DNA of 47,586 bases, taken from Bacteroidota bacterium. GTDB taxonomy: Bacteria; Bacteroidota; Bacteroidia; UBA7662. This document shows positions 10,401 through 18,681 of the stretch, in pieces. The first letter of the stretch is position 1. Each line of letters starts with the position of its first letter. Under the pieces are notes generated by a model. That model worked only from the letters and a program-made list of their open reading frames with translations, did not search any database and had not been told where the DNA came from. The translations under genes were made by a program, and so were the position numbers. The DNA lies in assembly GCA_016868875.1 (NCBI GenBank), contig VGFN01000002.1, forward strand, positions 1 through 47,586, in the 5' to 3' direction.

Positions 10401-11232
10401 TTTTGTATTGCAAAGGCGTATTGCTGACCGCGATTTTTCCACCATCGACACCTTTAGGGTTAATGATTTGGACCTAAGTACCGGCGTTCCTACAATTAAT
10501 TATGTTGATTCGACTGCTAAACCGGATCGTGAGGTCTATCAGTACCGCATGATTGTCCAGGATGTTTGCGGAATTAGCATTGATACCTCGGGAATATTCT
10601 CCAATCTCTTTTTGACAGGGGAGGTGGAACCACGGATTTATCCTAAATCAGGAACTGCCTTGCGTTGGCAGGTGGAGCATACCTGGCCTGAGGGAATTGC
10701 CGGATATGTTTTGTTGAGGGATGATTCAGCGGTGAACCGGAACAGATCCTTTGTTCCTGTGGCCACTATCTCAAGCCCCGTGCAACGGCAATGGGTCGAC
10801 ACCATTCCCCAAGATCCTGCGGATGTCACCTACCGGGCTTTGGGTAGATACCAATACTATGTAAAGGCTTTAGAGGTTGATCCTAATCTTGAGGATTTTA
10901 CCCAAGAGGAAATTTATTCCAATGTTTTCAACATTATTCATCCCCCAAGGTTATTCTTACCAACAGCCTTTGTGCCAGGTTCTGGAATCAATGGTTTGTT
11001 CAAGCCTATTGGCTTCTTCTTAGATCCCAACAAAGAATTCAAACTAGAATTGTACAACCGTTGGGGTCAATTGCAATATGAGACCAATGATGTTTTTGGA
11101 TCATGGGATGGAACCAACATGAACGGCGATCCTGTTCCTCAAGACACCTATGTGTACCGTGTCATCTTTACAGGGAGAGACGAGAAGGTTTACAATCTTA
11201 ATTCCTCCGTTGTTTTGATCCGCAACAAATAA
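7405..11232 (+). CDS. Very large secreted surface protein with a T9SS type-B (gliding motility-associated, CHU_C-like) C-terminal sorting domain
   Basis: Signal peptide MMSNFKGWLISALLLTLTWLAVPDVQA. N-terminal Cys-patterned module HILGGEISYKCLGG..YRDC..CCRPEINN..LCDKSPEF. Repeated Fn3-like Y-x-L/V-Y-R modules. C-terminus PTAFVPGSGINGLFKP...LELYNRWGQLQYETND..WDGTN..DTYVYRVIF matches the type-B CTD pattern. Confidence 0.85.
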   Translation: MMSNFKGWLISALLLTLTWLAVPDVQASHILGGEISYKCLGGGLFEFTIKVYRDCAGIPWSQTALALQGPHGTTNLPILPGSPEDISPRCPGNNYLSCNPPANASNQNQGSVARYIFRGIVDLSALGPAPPAGYTFHTTQTGNGIPCCRPEINNSTASNGSQTLVVKMFPYRDPITNVTLTPAQLCDKSPEFATDPTAFSTLNPIDTIYLQSLAFDADLDSTSFGIDFPLGTSPTAPYSYNNGYSQGNPLPGLLGPPLVSATNFPINLTTGEIVYKPTTQGTFVTIIKVSAYRCGQKIAEVYRDFSLKILPNPPVSPPVFNPSGPLGGIFSQRPPIIESPFPAISGIPTFEGTFYAGDTIESFINVADPFPSLSGNPNNPSTWVPIQQTVNVFVRGSQLATNFPALNNCAQPPCARLQRITDNSLPPNPPAVPINTINYGNGTPAGNGFSGLVQSGVKLVWATDCSNLPKSLGVCGVQNSSNKFQINAFDDNCPIEGRDSRVYTYKLMNVRELGTVKLRGVSVSPTNDSVTIYWDNPLGGPPSGSSLGALIDTVTIDPLDILNYSTQTAAYQRAKSVARRKYSFKAYRLYRRALDRYTGALAGNWEKVDSLLVVDSSKIVDATPSLNLTDFDYMYRVGVVSRCDSVEYISDSLKTIRGEVVYNIFSVQSTFNWDSMRTRNPYIPANCLPRYYIQKQSTFTAPGVWLNVDTFEATGNLPYVYRETTNIPCQDTILFRAGLPDVNGTVYWSTTPNLALRQQNPIQPVRLQRVSVDTLPNGTGQFGIHMNWVAGPSRALGGYNIYNVVDSSSSLADSIAQHWGYDSTSFLLYDPACDPYARPVWLTVAGEDSCRLTLGSYDTSNYHNTMYNYTEYVYCSLQRGMHVLWNHYYRWYPGLLKYRIYRAEPAAATGFVLIDSISPAPYDSLNRYIDRSDLPNGNTYCYRIEAVHASGLTSLSIAACDTVDNPVVRYNHIRRISIDTTSGYLHLKYIFNPVEIAEYFVLQRRIADRDFSTIDTFRVNDLDLSTGVPTINYVDSTAKPDREVYQYRMIVQDVCGISIDTSGIFSNLFLTGEVEPRIYPKSGTALRWQVEHTWPEGIAGYVLLRDDSAVNRNRSFVPVATISSPVQRQWVDTIPQDPADVTYRALGRYQYYVKALEVDPNLEDFTQEEIYSNVFNIIHPPRLFLPTAFVPGSGINGLFKPIGFFLDPNKEFKLELYNRWGQLQYETNDVFGSWDGTNMNGDPVPQDTYVYRVIFTGRDEKVYNLNSSVVLIRNK

Positions 11233-11262
11233 TTCTATCCAGAGTATTCTATTAACTAGGCA

Positions 11263-14200
11263 ATGAGGCATACAGTAAAAACTATCGCAGTATTTGCGTT
11301 TTCTTTCGTTGGGTTCATGTTGGCCACATTATGGGGTAATGCCCAAGCCTTTCGTGGCGGGGATCTTACCTACCGTTGCCTTGGCGGGAGTGGGCAGTTT
11401 GAATTTACGGCTGGGGTTTATGTGACCTGCCCCGATACAGTAACCATTGGGGGCACCCTTAGGGTACGGCCGTTTCGGGATTCTCTGGTCCTTTATCAAA
11501 CCTACCGAACCCCGTGGTCCGATACCATTATTCAAAAGGGTTGGCTTCGATTCCAACCGGTAGAATGTTATAGCATTGCCGACTCCTCTTTTCCCAGGAT
11601 TACACCGATACCCGCAGGTAACTGCAACAGTCCTGGTTCGGTGATCAAGAATGTATGGCGCATGGTCTTTAGAGGAGTGATTGATTTGGATCCTGTTACG
11701 GTTCCCGCCAGCGGTTATACTTTTTTTGTACCGCACGTTTCAGAAGCAAGGTCTGTGGTCGGCGGTATCCCTGGTGGACTTTTGTCCAGGGGTTTGTTTA
11801 CCATTGATCCAGCGGACAATTTGAATGCAGGAGCGGTGGGGCCGGTGGCCCGCTTGGCGGTCAAAATGTTTGGCTTTGCGGGATTACGTCCTCAATTTCT
11901 TTGCGATTCTACCCCAATTTTTTACAACGATCCGAACGCCATGTTCATTGCCAACCCCAATTCGTTTGTATCGGATTCCGTGACCGTGGCAAATTTTGCG
12001 GTGGAAGGGAATTTCTATGATTCAGTGAGTTATCATTTGGGCGGACCCATTTACGATACAGCGGCACCCCGATCATCGGCCTACGATGCAAGTGCAGCTT
12101 TCAATTCATCGGTTAGCCCGTCAGGGCTTTTCAATCTTAACCCATTGACTGGGGAGTTTAGCTTCAAGCCGTTGATACGATTTGGGGGACAAACCGCCTC
12201 GCGGTACCATTGGGGAATTACCGTGCGCAGTTGGAGATGTAATTCGTTGTTATCCGAGGTTTACCGAGAATTTGTTACCGATGTAATTCAAAGACCCACA
12301 AGTGGTCGAATACCTCCTTTCTTGGAGAATCAAAAGCCTCCTTATTTTGCAAGCAACACTCGTTTTTTGCGTGAATATTATGTGGAGGATACGGTCAATC
12401 AGAATCTGTTGATCGGCGACGACGTTCCTTTTGGATTGCCCCCAGGCACTGATAATTATCTTTCGATAGGAATCAAGAGCCCCTTCATGACCTTGGCTAC
12501 GGCGTCGGGGACAGGTACACCCAGCCCGGCAGTTTCTTCCACTACCGTAACGATACCCTTCTCCCCGGGGAGAACGGACCTGCCATCCGACCAAATTGCG
12601 CCTAACGGCATAAGTATTGGTTACGGTTACAGCGCGATCAATTCAACCTCTTTGCGATTAGGCTGGGTTTCGCGTTGCGATACAGTCTTTCGGAACGCTT
12701 GCTACAACCACAGTCGGCTTATTCCCTTTCTGGTGACGGCCGCGGATGTCACTCCCCCGCTTTTTGGTAAGCAGCCTAGGATTTTTAATATTCGAATGCG
12801 CAATTTGCCGCCACTGCCTGAGCCCGAGTTTGTGGCTGTCTCGGTAGGCGATGAAAATGATCGGGTACGTTTGTATTTCAAATCGCGAATCGATACGGTC
12901 ACGGTGGATCCGCTGGATAGTCTTAACAATATTTTAGACGGGCGAGGTTTGAATGCGGCACAACTCAAAGCGAAATCGGTGAACCGTCGTTTAAACTCCT
13001 TTAATTCGTATCAAGTTTACCGCAGTGAATTCCCCAATGGCCCTTGGATTTCGGTTCCAAACGGTTCCATTACCGACCCTTTTGCCAATACCTTTGAGGA
13101 TACCGATCCTACATTGCGGTTGAGGGACAGGAATTATTACTACAAGATCCTCACCCTAAGCGGTTGTGATATCAATCTTCGTTTTAGTGAGAGTATCGTA
13201 ATCAAAACCTTGGGAGGAAACTACACCAATGACAAACCTAATCTTCGAGGCGTGCTTGTTTGGGATACCATGGGAATTGCAAATCGACAGTACCTGTTGG
13301 ATACCACTCAAATTCAAGAGCGCTGGCCAATGGCCTTTGCATGGGATTCACTCAAGGTTGTCAGCGGAATTCCAAGAATTGATTCAACATTGCCCTTTTT
13401 ATTCTGCAACGATTCTTTGAATTATCGGGTTGGTGTTTATGATAACGGCACAGGCTTTGCTGGAGCGATTTATTGGAGTCGCTGGATTGGAGCTCGCTTT
13501 ATTTTACCTGATGCTTTGAGGATAAAGTATGTTTCGGTAGATACCAGTGGAATAGGGGATACCCTGCAAATTGCCTGGTATCCGGAAGTGGATACGCTGC
13601 GGGATTTTGTGGAGTTGAGGTTTTTCCCAGTGGTTCCTGGCTCTTTGCCCTTAGCTACCTTAACGAATCGAAACGGCACCACCCTGGAGTTGGATTCCAC
13701 CTTCCAGGGTTTTGTGGGTCTTAGTGCATCAGACCCCAATTTTCAGGCAATCATCCTCAATGCTTTGGATACCTGTTTAAACCCGGGAGAAAGGTCCGGA
13801 GAACATCGGGTGGTGAATGTGGAAGCGGTCGCGGATCCTTGCCTAAACAAAATCAATTTGTCTTGGCGCGAATACGAGGGTTGGAATGATTTACTCTATT
13901 ATTTGGTTTATCGAAGAGAGGATCCTGACCTCCCGTGGCAACTTTTGGATACGGTCACCGGGAGTTCGTATGATGACATCGATACGGCTCTTGAATTAGG
14001 TAAAACCTACCGTTACTTTTTGGTTGCCCACAACCAAAGGGGTTATGAGTCGTTTTCGAATATGGATACGGCTTTGTACGATGTCCCCAAACCGCTGTTT
14101 TCCTGTATCGAGTCAGCCTCTGTGGATACGGTTACCTTTGACAAAGTCAATATTCGGTTCAATATTCCGCAAGATGCCTCGATTGGGCGTTTGGAGCTTT

Positions 14201-15075
14201 ATCGCAAGGACGGGGAGAATGGCAACTACCGGTTTATAGATACCCTTACCTCACCGACAGCTGCATCAGGATCAGCGGGCGCTTATTGGCTGTACACCTA
14301 CACGGACAATTCCGCTAGGAGGCCGCAAGAGGTTATATATACCTACAAGGTACATGTCTATGACGTTTGCTATTTGATTTCGGATACCTCCAATGAATTT
14401 TCCTGCCTACAGATTCGTGCAGGTTTACCGGATAACTATACCAATATTTTGTTATGGGATCGATTGGTGCATTACCTAAGTTATGATAGCCTTCCAAGAG
14501 CGCGTAACAGGGGGGGGATTGTGGACAGCTTTACGGTCTACCGTGACGTGGTTTTTACGGGAGGATTAGCGAATTACACGGCATTGCCGCTTCGTAAAAC
14601 AGGTATTTTGCCTATTTGGAAGCCTTTGTATGAATACGGTGATCGGGTTGACAATTTGCCAACGGACGAAGGGTTGTTTGATTATTATGTGGTCGCCGTT
14701 GAGAGGGATAACCCCTGGGAATTTGTGGGTCGGAGTGCTTCCAACAAAGTTCGCCTACGGCAGGAACCCAGGATTTTTGCGCCAACAGGAATTTTGGGTG
14801 GCTCTACAGGCTCCAACGGCGAATTCCGCCCGGCTTTTAATTATAACATTGCGGGTGACAGCAGTTATTTCCTTAAAATTATTAATCGTTGGGGAAAGGT
14901 TATTTTAGAAACTAAGAATAGGGACTTGGGCTGGAAAGGCTATGTGGGGGAAACCCAGGATGAGTCCGGGGAAAGAGCTCTGCAAGACACTTACATCTAT
15001 CAAGTGCAGTTCAGAGGCGCTGACAACAATCTTTACAAACTCAAGGGGAATTTAACCTTGATCTGGAAGGATTGA
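11263..15075 (+). CDS. Paralogous very large surface protein with a T9SS type-B C-terminal sorting domain
   Basis: Signal peptide MRHTVKTIAVFAFSFVGFMLATLWGNAQA. Same block order as the upstream gene: FRGGDLTYRCLGG..FEFT, AVKMFGF..LCDSTPIF, WRCNSLLSEVYREF, DTVTVDPLDSLN..AKSVNRRLNSFNSYQVYRS. C-terminus KIINRWGKVILETKN..WKG..DTYIYQVQF. It starts 30 nt after the previous stop. Confidence 0.85.
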   Translation: MRHTVKTIAVFAFSFVGFMLATLWGNAQAFRGGDLTYRCLGGSGQFEFTAGVYVTCPDTVTIGGTLRVRPFRDSLVLYQTYRTPWSDTIIQKGWLRFQPVECYSIADSSFPRITPIPAGNCNSPGSVIKNVWRMVFRGVIDLDPVTVPASGYTFFVPHVSEARSVVGGIPGGLLSRGLFTIDPADNLNAGAVGPVARLAVKMFGFAGLRPQFLCDSTPIFYNDPNAMFIANPNSFVSDSVTVANFAVEGNFYDSVSYHLGGPIYDTAAPRSSAYDASAAFNSSVSPSGLFNLNPLTGEFSFKPLIRFGGQTASRYHWGITVRSWRCNSLLSEVYREFVTDVIQRPTSGRIPPFLENQKPPYFASNTRFLREYYVEDTVNQNLLIGDDVPFGLPPGTDNYLSIGIKSPFMTLATASGTGTPSPAVSSTTVTIPFSPGRTDLPSDQIAPNGISIGYGYSAINSTSLRLGWVSRCDTVFRNACYNHSRLIPFLVTAADVTPPLFGKQPRIFNIRMRNLPPLPEPEFVAVSVGDENDRVRLYFKSRIDTVTVDPLDSLNNILDGRGLNAAQLKAKSVNRRLNSFNSYQVYRSEFPNGPWISVPNGSITDPFANTFEDTDPTLRLRDRNYYYKILTLSGCDINLRFSESIVIKTLGGNYTNDKPNLRGVLVWDTMGIANRQYLLDTTQIQERWPMAFAWDSLKVVSGIPRIDSTLPFLFCNDSLNYRVGVYDNGTGFAGAIYWSRWIGARFILPDALRIKYVSVDTSGIGDTLQIAWYPEVDTLRDFVELRFFPVVPGSLPLATLTNRNGTTLELDSTFQGFVGLSASDPNFQAIILNALDTCLNPGERSGEHRVVNVEAVADPCLNKINLSWREYEGWNDLLYYLVYRREDPDLPWQLLDTVTGSSYDDIDTALELGKTYRYFLVAHNQRGYESFSNMDTALYDVPKPLFSCIESASVDTVTFDKVNIRFNIPQDASIGRLELYRKDGENGNYRFIDTLTSPTAASGSAGAYWLYTYTDNSARRPQEVIYTYKVHVYDVCYLISDTSNEFSCLQIRAGLPDNYTNILLWDRLVHYLSYDSLPRARNRGGIVDSFTVYRDVVFTGGLANYTALPLRKTGILPIWKPLYEYGDRVDNLPTDEGLFDYYVVAVERDNPWEFVGRSASNKVRLRQEPRIFAPTGILGGSTGSNGEFRPAFNYNIAGDSSYFLKIINRWGKVILETKNRDLGWKGYVGETQDESGERALQDTYIYQVQFRGADNNLYKLKGNLTLIWKD

Positions 15076-15648
15076 TGCCAGGGTATTCAATTCATCGTAC
15101 CAGGCCTGACCGTAACGCCTAATTAAGGCGTCTTTGACGAATTGATAGATGGGCATCTTTCCTCCGCCTTGGGGATTGCATGCAGAAGCGCATATGTCCC
15201 AACGGTGGTATTGCAAAGCCTCTCCTGCATTCAATTTCTGAACGCGAACAGGATAGAGGTGGCATGAAATCGGCTTCCGAAAATCCGATTGCCCTTGTTT
15301 CCAAGATTCTTCAATCCCGCATTTCCATAGACCGGAGCCGTCTTTGCAGGCAAAAACACAGGCCCGTCCTCCCAAGGTTTGGGTAACCGGCTCGCCATCA
15401 GGATCCCTTTCAAAGAAGCCCTGATTTCGGATTTGATCGACGGCCTCTTGGGGTAGGTATGGCAGTATTTGATCAAGGTTCCTTTGGAGAATACCCAGTT
15501 CCTCCTCTTCGAGTGGAGCGCCGAGATCACCTTCCTCGCAACAAGCTCCTTTGCAATGGGCCAAGGAGCAGGCGAAATGTTCGTCCAAAAGGTCTTTGGA
15601 TACAAGGACGCCTTGATGTTCAAAAATCATGGTATTCGTTTGAGGCAA
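15052..15648 (-). CDS. DUF3109-family Cys-rich protein
   Basis: CSLAHCKGACCEEGDLGAPLEEEE and later Cys motifs match the DUF3109 pattern. The 3' end overlaps the convergent type-B cargo gene by 24 nt. Confidence 0.75.
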   Translation of the reverse strand: MPQTNTMIFEHQGVLVSKDLLDEHFACSLAHCKGACCEEGDLGAPLEEEELGILQRNLDQILPYLPQEAVDQIRNQGFFERDPDGEPVTQTLGGRACVFACKDGSGLWKCGIEESWKQGQSDFRKPISCHLYPVRVQKLNAGEALQYHRWDICASACNPQGGGKMPIYQFVKDALIRRYGQAWYDELNTLASILPDQG

Positions 15649-15669
15649 AGTTCAGGAAGAAATTTCGGT

Positions 15670-16896
15670 TCAAAACGCTTCGTTGACTTCAAAATACACG
15701 CCGACCTGCCCATCGATGGTCCGCGCGTAATCGATTCTCAACAAAGTACCGGCTGAAGGGTTGGGCAGGAATCGCAAACCACCGCCCAAAGATTGTCTAG
15801 GCATACGTTCGACTACGGATTCCCAAGTGTTCCCGCTTTGGCCCGCGCCCCAATAAAGGTTCCATCCCAGACGCTTGCCCCACATTCCTCGAAGTTCATT
15901 CTCGATAACCCACGTGCGTTGGCCCCTTGCGTAACCTCTGAAATAGCCTCGTAACAAATTATCGCCACCTAAAGCAGGCATTTCCCTGAAAGAGACACCT
16001 TGGCCGGCACTGTGCAAAAAAATACGATGGGCCCAAACGACATCGTCCAAGGGCCCCTTGGGGTTAGCCCGGTTGCGTAGGGGTTGATATCGCCGTAGGT
16101 CGAGGTTCCATTGGGTGTATGCAGGGTTAAGGTTGGACCATCGTGGGTGCATGCGGTAGGCAAACTCGTACCAATGTCCTTGTCTGGGGTTGATCAATTG
16201 TAGGCGGGTATCGTGAACCCAACGCGCTCCCAATCCGACGGTCGAGTGGCCCTCGTAGCCGGGGGGTCGTTGCCATTGCCGTGTCGTTGGATCTTCTTCC
16301 CAGGCCGTATGGTACATGCTGTTGAAGCGCAGAACCGGTCCAATGAAATGGGAACTGTGGGCGATACGGGTGAGCAGGGTTGCATGAAGGTTGAGGGTTT
16401 CAAAGCGGTACGGTATGAAATGCTCGGGGCTAACCTCCGTTTCAAGGCCGTAATAGCGATCAAAGAAATTGCGCCACCCCAAGTTCCATTGAATAATGTG
16501 ACGATCGTTGCCAATCGAAAGCAAGCCCGATTGAGTCAAAATCCATTGTTTGCGTTGGGTATAGGCTCCGGCAACACTGATTTGCGATTTCCTTGCCAAA
16601 GGATCTTGGTTGAGTTGTGTTGCATAGAAGACCCCGCCACCAACCAAGATTCCCGTTTCGGGTGAGCGTCCAAATGCCGGGGATGGAAGTACCTTGGAAT
16701 TAGCGAGGTTGGTTAGTTTATCATACCAGCTGTTATGGCCTTGTCGGACCGAATCGTCTTGGATTAGGTTGGAATCCGAAGGAGTCGTCTGCCTTAGGAA
16801 ATTAGAGAGCGTACCCGCTATTCCATTCGCAATTCCATTTGGGATAACCGAAGTGCCACAGACCGCTAAACTGAAAATAAAGGCGGAATGGCGCAT
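15670..16896 (-). CDS. Omp85/bacterial surface antigen (D15)-type outer-membrane beta-barrel with no evident POTRA domains
   Basis: I chose the start at ATG 16896 (MRHSAFIFSLAVCGTSV, signal-like) because the ORF-track extension to 17040 overlaps the upstream gene. Barrel motifs: GGDNLLRGYFRGYARG, VIENELR, GGGLRFLPN..LRIDYA...GVYFEVNEAF, with a terminal Phe. Confidence 0.7.
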   Translation of the reverse strand: MRHSAFIFSLAVCGTSVIPNGIANGIAGTLSNFLRQTTPSDSNLIQDDSVRQGHNSWYDKLTNLANSKVLPSPAFGRSPETGILVGGGVFYATQLNQDPLARKSQISVAGAYTQRKQWILTQSGLLSIGNDRHIIQWNLGWRNFFDRYYGLETEVSPEHFIPYRFETLNLHATLLTRIAHSSHFIGPVLRFNSMYHTAWEEDPTTRQWQRPPGYEGHSTVGLGARWVHDTRLQLINPRQGHWYEFAYRMHPRWSNLNPAYTQWNLDLRRYQPLRNRANPKGPLDDVVWAHRIFLHSAGQGVSFREMPALGGDNLLRGYFRGYARGQRTWVIENELRGMWGKRLGWNLYWGAGQSGNTWESVVERMPRQSLGGGLRFLPNPSAGTLLRIDYARTIDGQVGVYFEVNEAF

Positions 16897-16897
16897 G

Positions 16898-17404
16898 TTA
16901 CTCCGTGAATTTGGGGGGTTCCCAACGGTGGACGGTTTGGAATAATCCAGGAAGTTGATCGCCAATTTGCCGCAAAACGATGAAATGGCAGGTACCCAAT
17001 GGCGATGCCTTGCCTCCTGTGAGCTCATGAGCCCAATCACTTATTCCATTGTTATGCCCAATGATCATCAAGGGACTATCGTTACCGTCGGCGAGGAATT
17101 CGAGCTGGTACCGTGGAGATTCAGCCAGGTACAACCAGTCCGGGTACCGAGGTAGATCTTCGGTGGCAATGTTGGGCTTCCTTTGCGCCCAAGGCAAACC
17201 GTAGGCTAGGGTTTGCCGAGTACGGAATGCAGGACTGCACCAAATTTTTGGGCGGATACCTTCGGTAAATTCGAGGACATCAGGGACGGCCTCGGCCAAA
17301 GCGGAGCATTGCTTGATCCCTTTGGGGCGCAGGGGCCTCTCGAAATCGGGGAGATCGTCCGTTGATTGAACGGCTTTGGCGTGTCGGAGCAAGATGATCA
17401 CCAT
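16898..17404 (-). CDS. SixA-like histidine phosphatase family protein
   Basis: N-terminal MVIILLRHAKA catalytic RHA motif, a downstream IIGHNNGISDW block, and about 168 aa. The stop codon ends 1 nt before the next start. Confidence 0.75.
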   Translation of the reverse strand: MVIILLRHAKAVQSTDDLPDFERPLRPKGIKQCSALAEAVPDVLEFTEGIRPKIWCSPAFRTRQTLAYGLPWAQRKPNIATEDLPRYPDWLYLAESPRYQLEFLADGNDSPLMIIGHNNGISDWAHELTGGKASPLGTCHFIVLRQIGDQLPGLFQTVHRWEPPKFTE

Positions 17405-17444
17405 AGTTGGGGTGAAAGGTAGAATGCAAAACTTAACTTTGAGA

Positions 17445-18641
17445 ATGCGCTTTGAGGATATACCGGGTCAACAAGGGGTCAAAGGCTTGCTGCAGGCAGG
17501 CTATGCCTCGGGCAAAATTGCCCATGCCTTGTTGCTTTCTGGCCCGGAAGGTTGCGGGAAGCTGCCCCTGGCCTTGGCCTATGCCTCGCTTCTGCTTTGT
17601 CATCAACCCATGCACAACGATGCTTGCGGTACCTGCCCCGCTTGCTTTAAGGTTTCCAAATTGGTTCATCCGGATTTGCACTTTGTTTTTCCGGTGGTCA
17701 ACCAAGGCGGGGACTCGGACAAAAACACAACTGATCATTGGATACAGGATTTCCGAAGGGCTTTTTTGGAAAAACCCCATATGGAGCTCGAAGATTGGCG
17801 ATTGGCGATGAATGCCGATCATCGCCAGGCCAATATTTCCAGGGCTGAGTGTTACCAAATTTTGTCCAAGCTTGGTCTTTCGGCTTTTGAGGGTCGGTAC
17901 AAGGTGGCCATCTTATGGCTGGCGGAATTTCTTGGCGATGCAGGGAATTTATTGCTCAAAATTTTGGAAGAGCCACCTGATCAGACCGTTTTTATTTTGG
18001 TCAGTGCGGAGCCTGAGCAAATTCTGACGACCATTCGTTCCCGTGTACGGACGATTCGGGTCGGGCCTATGGACTCGGAGGCTATCCGCCTTGCTTTGAT
18101 GGAAATGGATGTTCAGGAACAAAGAGCCGCCATGGCTGCCTTGGCATGTGAAGGGAATTTCCACAAGGCCATGAGCATGATGAACGAAGAGCCCTTTGAG
18201 AACAGCGTACGATGGACTGGCTTCATGCGACTTGCATATTCGGGCTTGCACTCGGAAGCCATCAAATGGGTGAACCAAAACAGCGAATTGGGTAGGGAGG
18301 CGTTGAAGTCCCTGCTCGATTACGGCTTGCAAGTTCTGAGGGAATGTTATTTATACCGCGAGATTCAACGTGATCCTCGAAGCCTACGGGAAGATGAGAA
18401 AGAATTTGTGTACAAATTTTCGCCCTTTGTGAGTGCGTTGGCGCTAACAGCTATGCAATCTGCCTTGGAAAAGGCGGCATACCGCATGGAACGCAATGGG
18501 CACATCCGTTTGGTCTTGCATAACCTATACTTTGATCTTCAGGAGGCTTTGAGTTCCGAAAAACGGCGCATGGCCAAAGCGTCCGTGCCGGTTGCCCGTC
18601 GGCTACCCAAAGGGTCCCTGCTTCAATTCCCGACGCGCTAA
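17445..18641 (+). CDS. holB: DNA polymerase III delta' subunit
   Basis: HALLLSGPEGCGKLPLA (Walker-A-like), Zn module CHQPMHNDACGTCPAC, and LKILEEPP..TIRSRVRTI. The start is ambiguous: ATG 17445 (MRFEDIPGQ) is preferred, and ATG 17424 is also possible. Confidence 0.85.
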   Translation: MRFEDIPGQQGVKGLLQAGYASGKIAHALLLSGPEGCGKLPLALAYASLLLCHQPMHNDACGTCPACFKVSKLVHPDLHFVFPVVNQGGDSDKNTTDHWIQDFRRAFLEKPHMELEDWRLAMNADHRQANISRAECYQILSKLGLSAFEGRYKVAILWLAEFLGDAGNLLLKILEEPPDQTVFILVSAEPEQILTTIRSRVRTIRVGPMDSEAIRLALMEMDVQEQRAAMAALACEGNFHKAMSMMNEEPFENSVRWTGFMRLAYSGLHSEAIKWVNQNSELGREALKSLLDYGLQVLRECYLYREIQRDPRSLREDEKEFVYKFSPFVSALALTAMQSALEKAAYRMERNGHIRLVLHNLYFDLQEALSSEKRRMAKASVPVARRLPKGSLLQFPTR

Positions 18642-18681
18642 GATTTCTCCGTATCTTCGGGCGTAGACTAAGAATATCAAA

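Noticed and set aside
16897-17040. N-terminal extension of the Omp85-like ORF, and the 17376 start of holB
   Set aside because: Both extensions overlap the well-supported SixA-like gene. Internal ATGs (16896, and 17445 or 17424) give normal N-termini.
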